A stretch of 64,000 bases of DNA. It comes from Octopus vulgaris (lineage: Eukaryota). The position numbers were made by a program, and so were the translations under genes. The notes beneath the pieces are model-generated. The model ran no database searches, had not been told where the DNA came from, and saw only the letters and a list, made by a program, of their open reading frames with translations. This document shows positions 26,601-38,884 of this stretch, piece by piece (position 1 is the first letter of the stretch; every line of letters starts with the position of its first letter). The stretch lies in the NCBI GenBank assembly GCA_951406725.2, contig OX597814.1, forward strand, positions 51,646,001-51,710,000. Direction: 5' to 3'.

Positions 26601-26833
26601 TGAGAATCTCCTTATTTACCTAAAACTCTATTCCCCCTTTTTTTTATATATATATTTTTATTTTTTTATTTTATTTTTTTTTTTTTATTTATTCTTCTAT
26701 CTAATTTAACACTGACTCCTTGACCACTCCCCCAAGTATGATATTTGCGCTATGCCTACCCCCAAAAAGTCCCCCACCAACACCCCTTTAAACCTGCCTA
26801 AATGTATAAATGCCAATACAATTCTTGTTAACT

Positions 26834-26884
26834 AGCTTCCTGAAGATTTCTCTTGAATGAAACAGTTCTAGTCCTGTAGAAGCT
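26834..26884 (+). ncRNA. Type-I hammerhead ribozyme candidate
   Basis: agcttc-CTGAAGA-tttc-tctt-gaat-GAAA-cag-ttctagtc-ctg-TA-gaagct. Perfect 6-bp stem I, GUA site after 26878; U-U instead of G-C at the base of stem II. Confidence 0.75.
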
Positions 26885-27184
26885 CCTTCTATATAATAAA
26901 TTAATTTTACTCTGCTATGTATTGAGTACCTTATTTACTGTGGTTAACCCCGAATCAACCCGGGACCTACATATATATATATATATATACAGAAGAAATT
27001 CATAGCCACTAAGCCTAGCATTCATTGATCCAGAGAAAACTTTTGAAAGAATTCCATACACTATAAGAAAATAAGGTGTAAATGAATGGCTTGTGAGAGC
27101 TGTGCATATGTACAGAAATGCCATGAGTAACAAGAATTAGTAATGAGTTCAGCAAGGAATTTAGATTATGGATATGTGTTCACT

Positions 27185-27446
27185 GTGGAGGCACGTGGCT
27201 TAATGGTTAGGGTGTCAGCATCATGATCGTAAGATTGCGATTTTGATTCCTGGACCGAGCAACGTGTTGTGTTCTTGAGCAAAACACTTCATTTCACGTT
27301 GCTCCAGTCCACTCAGCTGGCAAAAAATGAGTAATGCTGCAATGGACTGGTGTCCCATCCAGTTAGGGAATACATACGCTATGGAAATCGGGAAACCGGG
27401 CCCATGAGCCTAGCTAGGCTTTAAAAGGCACATTTATTTTTATTTT
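27185..27446 (+). mobile_element. tRNA-derived SINE with 13-bp target-site duplication
   Basis: A-box tggcttaatgg, decayed B-box; atatgtgttcact at both 27172-27184 and 27447-27459. Confidence 0.85.
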
Positions 27447-28549
27447 ATATGTGTTCACTAGCCTTTATGTTTATAGTTCTCCAGCTTCTAACCAAAGTTT
27501 AAGACCATTCATATGTGGGAACTCTTGTATACTAATGGTGTAGTTCTCATAGTTGAAATTGATAAAGATTTAGTGTAGAAATTTCAGTCATAAGAACCAG
27601 GTCTAGTACTCAGCAGCTTCAAAATAAATGTAGTGAAAACAAAGTTTTTAGGTAAAAGGTAAGCAGATAGAACTATACTGTCATCTGGGAAGTAACTACT
27701 CTGGAGGTATAGAAAAAGAATATACAGGAATTCCATATGGTCTGGCCACTGTAAATTATGGGTGCCCATGAGATGTTGTGAGGTCACAGATAGACTAACA
27801 GATCTACAAGAATAATTAGCAATAAGAACAGCCTTGAAATAAATTCTTTCAAATGCTTGGAAGGCTCCCTAGAAGTAGTTGGTAGTTTTGGGTATATAAG
27901 TGACCTAATTAACAGTAGAGGTAGCTGTTCCAAAAGTATAGGGGTCAGAATAATAATAGGTTGGGGAAAGTTCAGTAGCTATTATCTCTGCAGGCAACAA
28001 ATAGATTCTCTTTTTAAGTAACAGGTTGATTATTTGAAGCTTGTGTATGAAGTGCAATGTTGCATGGTAATGAAACATGAGCACTGAAAATGGATATGTG
28101 TAGGCTAGAAAGAAAAAAGTAAATACAGTCACCTGGATGTGTAATATTGATGCTGATAAATGATGGAGCACAACTGAATTGAGAGAAAATCTGTGTAAAA
28201 GAGGAATTAGATGTAAAATGCAAGTGACAGTTCTGGTACAAACATGTAATGCATATGGAAGATGACAATTGAGTTAAAAAGTGCCAAGCAGTTCAAGTGG
28301 AAGGACCTGTGAAAGAACTAAGAAAGTTATGGGGTGCAGTTGAGAAAGCTGATCTGAGAAAGCTGATCTGAGAAAGCTGAACTGTACAAAAATGTATGTG
28401 ATTGTGACACATAGCAAAATGCTGCACTAGGAAAGACCTGTTCAACTCATGCAAGTGGGTAAAATGATGATGATCATGATGATGATAACAACGACAATGA
28501 TGATGTTGATGACAATGATGATGATATCATAATTATTATAGTAGGGAGT

Positions 28550-28875
28550 AACGTTGGGCCTCACAGAAACAATGACCAAGACCTTTGGTATTATGTCATG
28601 CTTGAGAAGAAGATCCATCAAGCCAAGTAAAATCACAGTCATGGCAGATACCAGTGTCACACAAATGGCACCCATGCCAGTGGTACATAAAAGCACCCAT
28701 TACACTCTCAGAGTGGTTGGTGTTAGGAAGGACATCCTGCTGTAGAAACCATGTCAAAACAGACTGGAGTCTGGTGCAGCCTTCCAGCTTGCCAGCCCTG
28801 GTCAAATTGTCCAACCCATGCAAGCATGGACAACGGACATTAAACGATGATGATGATGATGATAATGATGATGGA
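28550..28875 (+). mobile_element. RTE 3'-tail fragment
   Basis: Shared tail ...gtccaacccatgc...ggacattaaacgatgatgat. Confidence 0.75.
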
Positions 28876-30400
28876 GTAGCAGGAACAGTGCCAAGTCAAC
28901 AACTTTTCAGCACTTCTCTTTTGGTTCAGTTTTCTGACGCTATCATGGTCATATTAAATTATCATGGACCCGTCTATTACCCTGACATTTCTGACCTTAC
29001 ATTCTTATTGTCGCTGCACTGTTAATTTCTTTCAGGCATTCCTATACCCTACTTGTATAAAAACTATTTAATATTCTGACAGAAAATATTTTAGTCAAAA
29101 TATGAATAAAGAGGAGTGAGGAAACAAATATGCAGAAGAGGGAGTGGGAAAACATTATCAAACAATCTTGTTCTAAAACCATATCCTGAGGTACGGAAAG
29201 GCAAATGTTTGATTATAAGCATACAATCCATAATGGCTTGTAAAATAGACATAGAGCTACTTTTTTCTCAGTAAAGTCTACCAAAAAAGTCTACTACAAT
29301 TCATAGTTATAAGTGTAAGAGTTCATATAACAAACTACCTCAACATTTTGCTGATATAGTATTGTTTAACATGCAACAAATAGCAGTCACATTAACAATC
29401 AAAGATCATTTTCTGTAACTCACCCTTGCAATCACCTACTGTAATGTTACAAATGTTTTGAATTGTCTTAAAATATTTTAGAAGGAAATGACAGTATTCC
29501 CTGCTGCTGTATGTAATTAATAGAGTAAGTATGTCTTTTTGACAAACGTTTGTTGTTATTGTTCATATACTTAGTTAATTATATTCTAAACGAATAAAAT
29601 CTTGCCAAACCTCTCTTAAATCACACTATACCAGCTTAAAAAATAAAGGAAGGGCACTTTAGATAACATGGTGATTGATAAACCAAGCCTGAAAAACATA
29701 GAAAGGTCACCAGTATCTTAAATTCTAAACGACAAGTTGTTTTTTTTATGTTAAAAGCCGGCAAAATAAAGAAAACATCATAGAAAAATTGCCTGACATA
29801 GTCAATGTAATCTTTCATTTTAGATTTTAAAATATATGATGTAATCACTAATTTAACAGGTGTTTGTTTAAATCTTCTAAATCAATGCTAATCTGTTAGC
29901 ATATCTAGCTGTTGCCAGATATGTTTACAGTTGAATATACCAACATACATAACTGTCTTGCTATGCGAATTCCCTTCTGATACAAACTACTATCTCTGAG
30001 ATATTCAATTAATATCAGTTCATATGATTAATGTTTGAAATGTGTGGCGTGATTTGGAGTAAAGCATATTTGCAGATATACACAAAGCAGCATATGGAAG
30101 ATAAATACACACACACACATACACACATACACAGAGGGAAAGATTGGGATGAGAAATGCTTTGTAAACTTCTGATAAAAATGTTGTTCACTTCTTGTAGT
30201 TACAGAAATATCTATTATCAATAATTTTATTTCTGAGAAAATACAGATGGTCACTTTATTTTATAAATGAAGGAAGGATGAAAGGCAAAGATGATTATCC
30301 TGGTGCGATTTGAACTAAGACTGTAACATGCCAGGAGAAAAATCACAAAGCATTTCAATGATTCTGCCAATCCAGCACCCTGTGTATAATTTATATACAT

Positions 30401-30794
30401 GGAGTGGCTGTGTGGTAAGTAGCTTGTTTACCAACCACATGGTTCCAGGTTCATTCCCACTGCGTGGCACCTTGGGCAAGTGTCTTCTACTATAGCCTCG
30501 GGCCGACCAAAGCCTTGTGAGTGGATTTGGTAGACGGAAACTGAAAGAAGCCCGTCGTATATATGTATATATATATTTGCGTGTGTGTGTTTGTGTGAGT
30601 GTGTTTGTCCCCCTAGCATTGCTTGACAACCGATGCTGGTGTGTTTATGTCCCCGTTACTTAGCGGTTCGGTAAAAGAGACCGATAGAATAAGTACTGGG
30701 CTTACAAAAGAATAAGTCCTGGAGTCGAGTTGCTCGATTAAAGGCGGTGCTCCAGCATGGCCGCAGTCAAATGACTGAAACAAGTAAAAGAGTA
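30401..30794 (+). mobile_element. Full-length tRNA-derived SINE (main family, internal TA/TG microsatellite)
   Basis: Head ggagtggctgtgtggtaag...ggttccaggttcattcccactg; tail ...aaatgactgaaacaagtaaaagagta. A 3'-half copy follows at 30810-31010. Confidence 0.85.
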
Positions 30795-31023
30795 TTTGTG
30801 TGTGTGTGACTGTTTGTTCCCCTACCCACATCACTTGACAGCGAATGTTGGTATGTTTCTGTCTCAGTTACTTAATGGTTCGACAAAAGAGACTGATAGA
30901 ATAAGTACTAGGCTTACAAAGAATAAGTCCTGGGTTCGATTTGTTCAACTAACGGTAGTGCTCCAGCATGGCCGTAGTCAAATGACTGAAACAAATAAAA
31001 GAATAAAGGAAAAAGAATACAAA

Positions 31024-31071
<48 letters not shown>

Positions 31072-31359
31072 CACACTGACGCATACTCAAAGAAACACAT
31101 AGACACACACACAGAAAATAAAGGAATTCTCAAACACGCCTCTGAAGACAGCTTATAAGACAGTAAGAAATGGCCAGCAAGTCTCTACAGAGAATTTGAT
31201 CCTGTACCTTGGTTCGATTCTCTGTAGAGGTTTGCTGGATGCTTTCTTCCATCTTCTAAAAGTATTTACTCAATTTTCTAAGCTGTCTTCACAACCATCC
31301 TGCATACCAACTTACTTGGTGCCTCTAAGTTTGTTTACAATATGTGAGTGTGTGTGTAA

Positions 31360-31685
31360 CTGGTACTCTGTTGCTTACAATGACAAGGGTTTCAGTTGAT
31401 CTGATCAATGGAACAGCATGCTTGTGAGATTAATGTGCAAGTGGCTGAGCACTCCACAGACACATGTACCCTTAATGTAGTTCTCAGGGAGATTCAACAT
31501 AACACAGGATGTGACAAGGCTGGCCCTTTGAAATACAGGTACAACTCATTTTTGCCAGCTGAGTGAACTGGAGCAATGTGAAATAAGGTGTCTAACTCAA
31601 AGACACAAAGCACCACTGGGAATTGAACTCACAACCTTACAATCATGAACCAAATACCCTAACTGCTGAGCCATGCACCTTCACT
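31360..31685 (-). mobile_element. Third SINE family (gaaggtgcatggc head)
   Basis: Homologous copy at 50515-50842; head shared with 27185-27446 and 55451-55560. Confidence 0.75.
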
Positions 31686-31691
31686 TTATAC

Positions 31692-32078
31692 TCTCTTTAC
31701 TTGTTTCAGTCAATTGACTGTGGCCATGCTGGAACACCACCTTTAGTCGAGCAAATCAACTCCAGGACTTATTCTTTGGAAGCCTAGTACTTATTCTATC
31801 GGTCTCTTTTGCCGAACCGCTAAGTTACGGGGACATAAACACATCAGCATCGGTTGTCAAGCGATGTTGGGTGGACAAACACAGACACACAAACATATAC
31901 GCACACACACACACATACATACATATATATATACATATATACGACAGGCTTCTTTCAGTTTCCGTCTACCAAATCCACTCACAAGGCTTTGGTCAGCCCG
32001 AGGCTATAGTAGAAGACACTTGCCCAAGGTGCCACGCAGTGGGACTGAACCCAGAACCATGTGGTTGGTAAGCAAGCT
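31692..32078 (-). mobile_element. Main-family SINE, reverse orientation
   Basis: Reverse complement of 30401-30794 with few differences. Confidence 0.85.
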
Positions 32079-33459
32079 ATATTGTAAAATATTTGCCTAA
32101 TACATAAGCACACACTAGGCACAAATTATCCTAAATTGATGAATGCATAAATTGCAAAAGTTCATATGGTTTGCTTTCATTTATGCGTAAAGCTAAATAC
32201 CAAAACTGACAAACATATAATAGTTACATCCATATGCACATGCATGCAATTAGATATATAAACACTTTGATAAAGGGAATTATTTTTTACATCCACATAA
32301 ATTCATATAACTGATAAACAGAAGATTTCTGAAATATCTGATGCTTTCAAAATATGTTTTTCAAAAACATTACATCTGTACATCACACAACTTTAGTCAA
32401 TGACCGAGCCTCTGCCTCTATGAGGATGCTCAATTACCTGATATTGTGGCTAAATCTCTCTCAAATCACATCCTACTATCTCTGCACTTTTATCTTTAAG
32501 TGGGTAGATTTATTGAATAATGTACACAGTCTGAAAAGACAGGATGGTCATGACTGGAATGCCTTTGTTTAAAGTGCTGTTCAGTCAAGGTGGACCTGGA
32601 GTTAAACAACTTTGCACTATTTATGCCATGTGATAATTTAAATCTTCTGTATTTCTGTGATTTCTTCTGTATAATGACTTGCATTCCTTTACTGGTTTCA
32701 GTCATAGAACAATAATCAGGCTGGAGTTACCACTATGATGCGATTTAGACAATCATATCCACCCCAGTACTTAGTCTGGTACCCATTTTAATAAAATGGT
32801 CCCTTTTATAGACTGGCTTCTTTTTAGCATGCTACCTCACAGTTTCCTTCTACCAAATCTCACTCACAAGTTATTTGTCAACCCTAAGATATAATAGAAG
32901 ACATGTGCTTGAGTACTGCACAGTAGGATTGAACCTGGAACCATGAGATTTCAAAGTGAACACCTAAACTCAACTATACCTGCACCCATCCATTTAGGAT
33001 GGTAAAAAAATGAGTACTTTTATTACAAAGTTATTTGTCAAGTTTATCTATTTACAGGATGTTTAAAGAGTCTCAGAAAACTATAAATGTGGTTGTTGTC
33101 AACTATACAGGATGTTTTTCAAGCATGTAATTCCTAACCTAAGAGTTTATTCCCAGAAGATTAAATTAATAGAAAAACTACTGGGAAAAATAAACTTTTG
33201 AAAAACTCTGTGAACTTTATGTAGTGTCAATGAACTACTCACAGAATAAGGACAGAGCTAACTTATTTTTATTCCTTTAATGCTTTGCATAACTTCCATA
33301 GTTTCTCATGACCCATCATACTGAAGAACATACATAATTTTGTTGATTCTTTTAAAATCATATTTCAAAAGTTCTTATCTAAAATTGTGGTAGAAAGTAC
33401 AATTCTTTAATATGGACATTGTAAAATATGAAAAAATCCATTGCATAAGAAAATTAGTC

Positions 33460-34380
33460 TCTGGTCTCACTGGCCTTGTAGTTTTTCTCTCATTGGTGAC
33501 CTCTTGTCATATCCTCATTAACAACTGAATCTAATGTGATCAGGGAGTGAGAAGTGGCCTGTCCAATATGGAGCCAGTGAGGCCTGTGCTTTGCTGACAT
33601 TCATCCTTCTCTCTCCTCTGTGGCTGTCCAGTTCACTCAACAGAAATGGGACACCATCCAGTGTAGCATGATCTTGGACAAGTTAGTGCACCAACTCGAC
33701 CTGTACCATCTAGCATGTTTACACTGAGCTTCCAAGTCTCACAGTGGAGCCTGGCTTGGCACAGTGTCATCACTCATGACTGACACTCAACTTGATAGCG
33801 ATGATCTGTACATCAGTATTTTCCTAAGGTTTGGCCTCAAGATCTGTGAGCCTTACAAATGTTGCTGCAAATCCACTCTGGATTCTTTCAGCCTCCAGCC
33901 ATTGTCATACCATTATAATGCTGGCTACTTTCCACACCATACCACCCTTAACAAAATCATAAATCATGGCCTAGACGACACGGACTTTCTTCCCAGCCCA
34001 TGCAAGTGGGGCAAAACTAAGGGAACAGTAAAAGGCCTAATGTGATAACAATTTTCCCATTCTGTAGTGGCAGAACCCTCATCCAGATGCCACATGCTGT
34101 GGAACCTTCTTTGGTGGCAACTTAGTGAGTTCAGCTAGCAGCTCAGAATTCACTGGTCGTCAGGCTGAGAAAAGAAAACTGTCATGGTATCAGTCACTCT
34201 CTGACAGGTTTATGGTCAAGCCTGTTTACTGCTGTTGGTGCGGAAATGGTTGTCCACAAATGCGAGCCCTGTGAGTCAAAGTAGTTGTTCTAGTGCATCT
34301 CCCTTTCCATCCTCTGGGACAGCAGCTTTTCCATTTTGTTTGCTGAGACCATGAGGTCGTCTGAATTACAAGAAATTGAG
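33460..34380 (+). mobile_element. Second decayed CRE-like LINE 3' fragment
   Basis: LRFGLKICEPYKCCCKSTLDSFSLQPLS...HHTTLNKIINHGL (Zn-knuckle region); nucleotide similarity to 4735-5790. Confidence 0.7.
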
Positions 34381-34914
34381 AGAAAGTAAGAATTCCGTAG
34401 CTTACCAACTGTAGATGGTTAGTATACCATCATACCTGAGGACAGGAATCATATAAAAAAAATTGTTTTTTTCCTTTTATACTGTAGTAAATTAATTCCA
34501 AAATATATCATTACAGTCAAATATTTATTGTAGTGCTTCACAAATTATTGACTCATTTTTTTAATCTCAAATTAATCCATTTTGAGGATTGTCCTTCTCA
34601 AACAATGGAACTATTTTTTAATCGGAAAATATAAATTAAGTCTTTAGCATTTAATCACACCTCTTTATATTTTGAATTCAAATCACTTCAAAGCTCTTCA
34701 CCTTTTCTCTTTTGAAACTAAATAATAAATTTACAGGGGCCAATTATGATCCCTGTAAATTTATGACTGTGATAAGAAGCTTGCTTCCCAACCACATGGT
34801 TCTGGGTTCAGTCCCACTGCATGGCATCTTTGGGCCAATGTCTTGTATTATAGCCTCAGGCTGACCAAAGCCTTATGAGTGGATATGGGAGATGGAAACT
34901 GAAAGAAGTCTATC

Positions 34915-34917
34915 GTA

Positions 34918-34985
<68 letters not shown>

Positions 34986-35016
34986 TGTATGTGTGTATAT
35001 ATATATGTATGTGTAT

Positions 35017-35086
<70 letters not shown>

Positions 35087-35100
35087 CAGTATATATATAT
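34915..35100. repeat. (TG)n(TA)n compound microsatellite
   Basis: Directly visible; joins a SINE 5' half to the hammerhead palindrome. Confidence 0.95.
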
Positions 35101-35161
35101 GTAATTAGTGAATGGAAGAAATGGAGTTGAACGAAGATTGTACAGAATTCCTTTTATTACA

Positions 35162-35243
35162 TTCTACACATGTTTCAAAGAAGCCACAATTTTCCAAATT
35201 CTGATTAAATAAGGATACCATATTGTAGCTTTCTCTTCAGGAA
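35162..35243 (-). ncRNA. Hammerhead candidate, left arm of the 436-bp palindrome
   Basis: Minus strand: ttc-CTGAAGA-gaaagctacaat...attgtggcttcttt-GAAA-c-atgt-g-TA-gaa, followed by AATAAA. Confidence 0.6.
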
Positions 35244-35397
35244 AAACCAGGAATTACGTTGTCAGAACAAAACAAAACAAAGGCGCAGCAGAGCAATTCA
35301 AACGAGGACGCTCCATGGGCTCTTAAGGAGCGTCCTCGTTCGAATTGCTCTGCTGCGCCTTTGTTTTGTTTTGTTCTGACAACGTAATTCCTGGTTT

Positions 35398-35477
35398 TTC
35401 CTGAAGAGAAAGCTGCAATATGGTATCCTTATTTAATCAGAATTTGGAAAATTGTGGCCTTTGAAACATGTGTAGAA
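35398..35477 (+). ncRNA. Hammerhead candidate, right arm of the 436-bp palindrome
   Basis: ttc-CTGAAGA(35401)-gaaagctgcaat...attgtggccttt-GAAA(35463)-c-atgt-g-TA-gaa; AATAAA at 35481-35486. Confidence 0.6.
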
Positions 35478-35810
35478 TGTAATAAAAGGAATTCTGTACA
35501 ATCTTCGTTCAACTCCATTTCTTCCATTCACTAATTATATTAAACTTCAATTATCCGCGCCAACACATGGTTGCAACACCATATGGTCATATCTCCAACC
35601 GTGTTTTTTCTGCTGTGATTTTTGCTACCCAGGTATCGGTTAAATTTTTGAATAATCCGTAACAAGATAATTCATCTTTCCATTTCAACAGATATATATA
35701 TATATGTATGTATATATATATATATGTATGTATATATATATATGTATGTGTATATATATATATGTATGTGTATATATATATATGTATGTGTATATATATA
35801 TATGTATGTG

Positions 35811-35842
<32 letters not shown>

Positions 35843-35913
35843 CATACATACATATACATATATAGATAAATATATATATATCAAAATAAGCAACAGGATA
35901 TCCAGAGGTAATA

Positions 35914-35995
35914 CAGTATGATCGTTTCAAGCGACTCCATTTAATTGAACAATGCAACCATTGCATCTATTTAAATGCAGAGCAATCCTCAGCTG
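35914..35995 (-). ncRNA. Degenerate hammerhead candidate with long stem II
   Basis: Minus strand: cag-CTGAGGA-(57-nt hairpin, catttaa/ttaaatg)-GAAA-c-gatc-a-TA-ctg. Palindromic gatc loop; the C-A mismatch in stem III fits CpG decay of cgatcgta. Confidence 0.5.
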
Positions 35996-37627
35996 AATGA
36001 ATACATAGAATTAAATTAAATTAAAATAGATGGACACATAAGTATAATTTTGCCTTCTTGGAGGTTTTAGGTAAAATTTTGCTGGCCAAGGGCTATAGTA
36101 GAAGACATTTGTCGAAAACTACATGGTTGGGAACCAAGCTTCATAACAACACCTGTACTTAAGTCACTATATAAAGAATATCACCAAAATGTCACAGATA
36201 ATAATAGTTGTCATAGATAATATAGATATGTGAAGTGTATAGAAAGCATGTTTTGAAATTGCCACATATTTCAGGTTTAGTTGGTGGTTGTTTTTCATAA
36301 ATGCATTTATATATCTGTATATGTAGATAATACATTTGTTTGTTTCTCTCAAATTTAGTTATTTCAACATGCAATGCTTGCTGAAACAACTGACCCTCAT
36401 TATTGAATGTATGACCCCAAATTTGAACCCAGAAAAAGGCAAATCAAAACAAGGAGAGTGCAAAGGGGTGGACATTAATCCCACTTTAGTGTTAGTTGTT
36501 GTTTATAACATGGAATTTATTCTGATGGAAATGGGAATAATAAACAAAAAAGAATTGACAACTGCTACAAGCATTATTTAAATTTCATTTCTCCTGAAAC
36601 ATGCTGGAATTATATTGAACAGCATTTGTTTAGGATAATTCCCGGATGTTTCTTATTGTAATACTCTACAAATACTATTGTTTTGTTTTTCCTAGTAAAC
36701 CAATTCATATAAACAATTGCTCTTTTTAAATACTGAAGTGGCTTTTGTAAAAGAAATTATGTATTAATTCATTTGTACTTAGTCAAGCCTTTTTACATTC
36801 TAAGTTCAAATTATGCCAAATGATATGTAAGTGCAAACCACACATATTTGTTGCTCCTGTGGATATTGCTCTGAAATTTAGTTCATTTCAATATGTTTAC
36901 CTCTATAATGAGAATGAGCTTTTATTAGTGAATACATCCCACAGATGTTTGACTCTTGAAAATGGTGATTCAAAAATAAGGGTATGCTAAGGATCTTTTT
37001 TTTTTATATATATTTTTAACTTGCTTCAGTCTCTGGACTGCAGCTGTGCTGGGGGCACTGCTTTGAAGGGTCTTTAATTGAATGAATCAACCCCAGTGTT
37101 TATTTTATAAGCCAAGTACTGCTAATTTACAGGGGATGTAAACAAATCTCACCAGTTGTCATGTGGTAGTAGGGAACACGCATGTGCACACACACAAGAG
37201 GCTTCTTTCAGTTTCTACCTACCAAATCCACAAGACTTTGGTTGATCTGAGGTTATAGCAAAAGACACTTGCCCAACGTGCCACACAGTAGTTGGGAAGC
37301 AAACTGTTTACCATACAGCCACACCTGCACCTGTCATTATTCTATCTTCAGTGCTAATTGTTGTTGTTGTTGTTACTGCTGCTATTTTAGTTCTTAGTTA
37401 GCTCTGATTGAGAAGACCTTTAACAAAAATATTACAAACACAACCATCCTGTCATTTTAGAATCTACATGATCCAATACGTCCTTTGTTTTATTAAGATG
37501 GTGGAGAGTGATTTGAGAGAAAGCTTAGGGTGCTATATCCAGTAGGTTGTGGGACCGTGAAGATTCTCTCAAATTTTATGGGTAAGCTTCAGGTATCTGA
37601 ATAATGAATGATCTTGGCCACTGCTCC

Positions 37628-37666
37628 TCATCATCATCATCCTCCTCCTCCTCCTCCTCCTCCTCC

Positions 37667-37735
<69 letters not shown>
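37628..37735. repeat. (CAT)n/(CCT)n microsatellite, tail of a minus-strand LINE/SINE 3' end
   Basis: Followed by ttttaacttccacttttccatgc, the reverse of the common retroposon tail. Confidence 0.85.
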
Positions 37736-37736
<1 letters not shown>

Positions 37737-38025
37737 TTTAACTTCCACTTTTCCATGCTTGCATAGTTTGGATAGAATTTGTTAAGAAAAATTTTCTGTG
37801 GCCAGAGGCCCTTCCTGTCACCAACCTTCACCTGTTTCCAAATAGGATAATGTTTCCCCTTCACCTGACATGTTTTCACAGAAGATTGGTTATGACAGAC
37901 ATCCTTTGCATGATGGTGATACTCACAAGTACTACACAATGTCAAGGCAAGGAGACAGTAACACATACACATTTGCACACATGCATGCACACATACATAC
38001 ATACATACATACATACATACATACA

Positions 38026-38058
<33 letters not shown>

Positions 38059-38246
38059 CAACATCATTCAACATCCTTTTTCCATGCTGGCATGGGTTGG
38101 ATGGTTTGACAAGAGCCAGAGGACTCCGCTAGTTTCTGGGTCTGCACTGGCATGATTTCTACAACTGGATGCCCTTCCTAATGCCAATCCTGTGTGTGTA
38201 TGTGTGTGTATATATATTTGTCATTACACACACACACAAATATATT

Positions 38247-38285
<39 letters not shown>

Positions 38286-38628
38286 CAGAGATGTACTTGC
38301 ATAGCAAGTGACCTGTTCTGAGATCGTGTGCTGAAGCAAAAACAACTGCAGCATGGAAGGTATTTATAAATCATTTAAAATCACACAAAACCCATTAGAT
38401 CCACTTCAACATTTATATTTGATTTGTCAAAATATTTTCGTTGCTTTGAGACTGTGACCTGTTCACTGACAAAATTCTGTGCTGCAGCATGGAATTTTGT
38501 CAGTGAACAGGTCACGTTCTCAAAGCAATGAAAATATTTTGACAAATCAAATATAAATATTGAAGTGGATCAAATGGTTTTTGCATTTTTTTGAATGACT
38601 TATAAACATCTTCCTTGCTGCAATTGTG

Positions 38629-38673
<45 letters not shown>

Positions 38674-38884
38674 AAAAAATGAGTAGCGATGGCTTTTTTG
38701 GGATAATTTTTATTTTAATAATGTTTACACAGTAGGTAACTCATAGTAACTCACTGTAAACATGATTATTAATATAAAAATTATCCTCAAAAAGCCATCT
38801 GTACTAATTTTTTTCAAATATAGTATACTGTAGCAAGAACTTTCTTTTTATTAATCTACTATATATATGATGATGATGATGATC

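Larger units (their letters stand above)
23690..28525 (+). mobile_element. Old RTE LINE fragmented by nested insertions
   Basis: Collinear remnants: endonuclease end (~23700-23960), pre-RT (25190-25825), LAFIDPEKTF and later RT/C-terminal pieces (26990-28440), (GAT)n tail at about 28465-28525. Confidence 0.7.

Noticed and set aside
30401-30475. tRNA-like A/B boxes at SINE heads
   Set aside because: No complete cloverleaf; part of dispersed SINEs, not tRNA genes.
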